Positions 16,901-20,435 of a stretch of 20,435 nt of DNA are shown piece by piece. The notes under the pieces were generated by a model. That model saw nothing but the letters and a program-made list of their open reading frames with translations, searched no databases and had not been told where the DNA came from. A program made the position numbers and the translations under genes. Position 1 is the first letter of the stretch; the number at the start of each line of letters is the position of its first letter. Source of the DNA: a bacterium (GTDB lineage Bacteria; SAR324; NAC60-12); contig CBDDTI010000012.1 of assembly GCA_965233585.1 (NCBI GenBank), forward strand, positions 1-20,435. The letters are read 5' to 3'.

Positions 16901-19900
16901 CAAGAAAAGTTCCCCTAAACTAAATATATCTTCAAAAAAAATATCCCTAGACTAAATATATATACAAAAAAAATCCCCTAGACTAAATATATCTTCAAAA
17001 AAATTCCCTAGACTAAATATATCTTCAAAAAAAAATCCCTAGACTAAATATAGATTCAAAACAAAATCCGTAGACTAAATATATATTCAAAACAAAATCC
17101 TTAGACTAAATATATCTTCAAAAAAAATCCGCTAGACTAAATATATATTCAAAAAAAATCCGCTAGACTAAATATATCTTCACAAAAAAATCCGTAGACT
17201 AAAAAAAGTAATACTAATTGGCCGCCCCCCCCCCTCCGAAGAAAAAAAGTAATAATAATTCAACACCCCCCGGCCCCCATCACCCGTTCCGGGAGCTATT
17301 TCTGCCTTTCAATTCGTCTCCGGGAGCTTGTTCTGCCACTAATTTAGCTTACGGCAGCTTTTTCGTGCATTGAAATTCGTTTTCTGAGGCTTTCCTGTTC
17401 TTTCTGGGAATTATTTTTGCTCTGAATTTAGTCTCTGGGAGCTGTTTCTGCCATTAAATTAGTTGCGGGAGCCTTTTCTGCCACTAAATTCAAATTTCCG
17501 GGCGCTTTTTGTTGCCATCCAGGGCCTTTTCTGCCTTTAAAGTAGTCTCCGGGAGCTTTTTCTGCCACTAAAGTCCGCTTCCGAACGCATGTTGGTGATT
17601 CCGTGGGGGGAGGGGGTTTGTTCAATTATTATTATTTGAAATCATAATCGTTGCCCGCCCCCCCCCCGCGAAAAAAAAAGTAGTAATAATTGGCCGCTTC
17701 CCCCCTCCCCTTCGAAGAAAAAAAACAATTCAACACCCCCCGGCCCCCCTCACCGGTTCCGGGAGCTATTTTTGCCTCTCAAGTCGTTTCCGGGAGCTTG
17801 TTCTGTCACTGATTTCGTCTACGGCAGTTTTTTTGTGTATTGAAATTCGTTGTCCGGGATCGCCACTAATTTAGTCTACGGAAGCTTTTTCGTGCATTGA
17901 AATTAGTCTTGTGAGGCTTTCCTGTCCTTTCCGTTTTTTTTCCCCTAGACTAACTATATATGCAAAAAAAAAGTCCCCTAGACTAAATATATCTTCAAAA
18001 AACAATTCGTAGACTAAATATATATACCAAAAAAAATCCGTAGATTAAATATATACTAAAAAAAAACATAGACTAAATATATTTTCCAAAAAAAGCCCGT
18101 AGACTAAATATATATTCAAAACAAAATCTGTAGACTAAATATATCTTCAAAAAAAAATCCGTAGACTAAATATATATTCAAAAAAATCCGTAGACTAAAT
18201 ATATATTAAACAAAAAACCGTAGACTAAATCTATCTTCAAAAAAAAATCCCTAGACTAAATATATCTGTTAAAAAATTTTCTTAGACTAAATATATCTTC
18301 ACAAAAAATCCCCTAGACTAAATATATCTTCAAAAAAAATCCCCTAGACTAAGTATATCTTCCCAAAAAAAATCCGAGACTAAATCTATATTCCAAAAAA
18401 AAACCTAGTAAAAAATTCAAGGACCTTCAAACATCGATTTTTTCCTTTTGAAAAGTGCTTCTTTTACAGGGTTTGGTGCCAAATCTGGACCCCTGGGCCT
18501 TTTGAAGCTCCAAAACCAATCTATATTCAAAAAAAAATCCACTAGACTAAATATATCTTCAAAAAAGTTCCCCTAGACTAAATATATCTGCAAAAAAAAA
18601 TCTCCTAGACTACATATATCTTCAAAAAAAATTCTCCAGACTAAATATATCTTCAAAAAAAAAATCAGTAGACTAAATATATATACAAAAAAAAATCCGT
18701 AGATTAAATATATACAAAAAAAAACCTAGACTAAATATATTTTCCAAAAAAAGCCCGTAGACTAAATATATATTCAAAACAAAATCTGTAGACTAAATAT
18801 ATCTTCAAAAAAAAATCCGTAGACTAAATATATATTCAAAAAAAATCCGTAGACTAAATATATATAAAAAAAACCGTAGACTAAATATATATTCGAAAAA
18901 AAATCCGTAGACTAAAAAAAGTAATAATAATTGGCCGCCCCCCCCTCCGGTCTACGGGACGGGGGGGGTTCCACCAATTATTATTATTTCAAGTAATCGT
19001 AGTTGCTTCTCTCCCCATTATTATTACTTCAAGTAATAATAATTGCTCAAATCCCGGTTTCCCCCGATTATTATTACTTGAAGTAATAATAATTGGTTGC
19101 CCCTCCCCCTCCCCCCCGAGAAAAAAAAAGTAATAATAATTGGCCGCCACCCCCCCCTCCGAAGAAAAAAAGTAATAATAATTCAACACCCCCCGGCCCC
19201 CCTCACCGGTTTCTGCCTCTCACCCTAGACTAGATATATCTTCAAAAAAATTCCCCTAGACGAAATATATCTTCAAAAAAAATTCCCTAGACTAAATATA
19301 TCTTCAAAAAAAATCCCCTAGACTAAATATATATTCAAAAAAAATCCCCTAGACTAAATATATCTTCAAGAAAATTTCCCTAGACTAAATATATCTTCAA
19401 AAAATTCCCTAGACTAAATATATCTTCAAAAAAAGTCCCCTAGACTAAATATAGCTCCAAAAAAAATTCCCTAGGCTAAATATATCTTCAAAAAAATTGT
19501 CCTAGACTAAGTATATCTTGAAAAAAATCCCTAGACTAAATATATCTTTTAAAAAAATTCCCTAGACTAAATATATCTTCAAAAAAAATCCCTGGACTAA
19601 ATATATCTTCAAAAAAAAATCCCTAGACTAAATATATCTTTAAAAAAAATCCCTAGACTAAATATATCTTCAAAAAAATTCCCTAGACTAATTATATCTT
19701 CAAAAAAAACTTGCATACAAAAAATCAAACTTTCGAGGGCCTTCAAAAATCGATTTTTTCCTTTTAAAAAATGCTTGTTTTACAGGGTTTGGTGCCAAAT
19801 CTGGACCCCTGGGCCTTTTGAAGCTCCAAAATCAAAATATATCCAAAAAAAATCACCTAGACTAAATATATCTTCAAAAAAAGTTCCCCTAAACTAAATA

Positions 19901-20435
19901 TATCTTCAAAAAAAATATCCCTAGACTAAATATATATACAAAAAAAATCCCCTAGACTAAATATATCTTCAAAAAAATTCCCTAGACTAAATATATCTTC
20001 AAAAAAAAATCCCTAGACTAAATATAGATTCAAAACAAAATCCGTAGACTAAATATATATTCAAAACAAAATCCTTAGACTAAATATATCTTCAAAAAAA
20101 ATCCGCTAGACTAAATATATATTCAAAAAAAATCCGCTAGACTAAATATATCTTCACCAAAAAATCCGTAGACTAAAAAAAGTAATACTAATTGGCCGCC
20201 CCCCCCCCTCCGAAGAAAAAAAGTAATAATAATTCAACACCCCCCGGCCCCCGTCACCCGTTCCGGGAGCTATTTCTGCCTTTCAATTCGTCTCCGGGAG
20301 CTTGTTCTGCCACTAATTTAGCTTACGGCAGCTTTTTCGTGCATTGAAATTCGTTTTCTGAGGCTTTCCTGTTCTTTCTGGGAATTATTTTTGCTCTGAA
20401 TTTAGTCTCTGGGAGCTGTTTCTGCCATTAAATTA
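13971..20435. repeat. Complex AT-rich tandem array: about 29-31-bp satellite blocks plus spacers, arranged as 3.0-3.7-kb macro-repeats
   Basis: Monomer TAGACTAAATATATCTTCAAAAAAAATCC(C/G). The macro-unit restarts at 14124 and 17853 (TCCGGGATCGCCACTAATTTAGTCTACGG). Downstream landmarks recur at an offset of about 2974 bp. Confidence 0.95.

Noticed and set aside
16014..19189. Identical 66-aa ORFs at 16014-16214 and 18989-19189
   Set aside because: Low-complexity translation of the repeated spacer. The identity reflects the macro-duplication.
14203..20175. Satellite monomer TCCGTAG...TCAA resembling the dinoflagellate spliced leader
   Set aside because: Only the 7-nt start and TCAA match. The diagnostic CCATTTTGGC core is absent.

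Overview
Eukaryotic DNA, most likely from a dinoflagellate (Symbiodiniaceae-like). This is inferred from tiny exons with GT/GC/GA donors and AG|G acceptors. (1) 888-5336: an intronless reading frame fusing 18 near-identical 123-bp WD40 repeats, with hypervariable surface codons, to an ankyrin-remnant plus TRP-like 6-TM cation channel and coiled coil. The two ORF-track ORFs are in the same frame and are separated only by one TAG at 3258-3260. (2) 5511-9864: a hand-assembled gene of about 13 micro-exons encoding two ubiquitin-like domains and possibly a C-terminal CaaX, with a 142-bp MITE in one intron. (3) 10115-13970: a duplicate of the window start carrying a second WD40 gene with a different repeat set. 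Its upstream region holds a 2066-bp Mutator/foldback-like insertion (10-bp TSD, empty site in copy 1) filled with a 96-bp satellite. (4) 13971-20435: a hierarchical AT-rich array (about 30-bp monomer, 3.0-3.7-kb macro-unit) that truncates the second WD40 gene mid-repeat. The best candidate for a novel system is a duplicated, repeat-shuffling, hypervariable WD40 sensor coupled directly to an ion channel.
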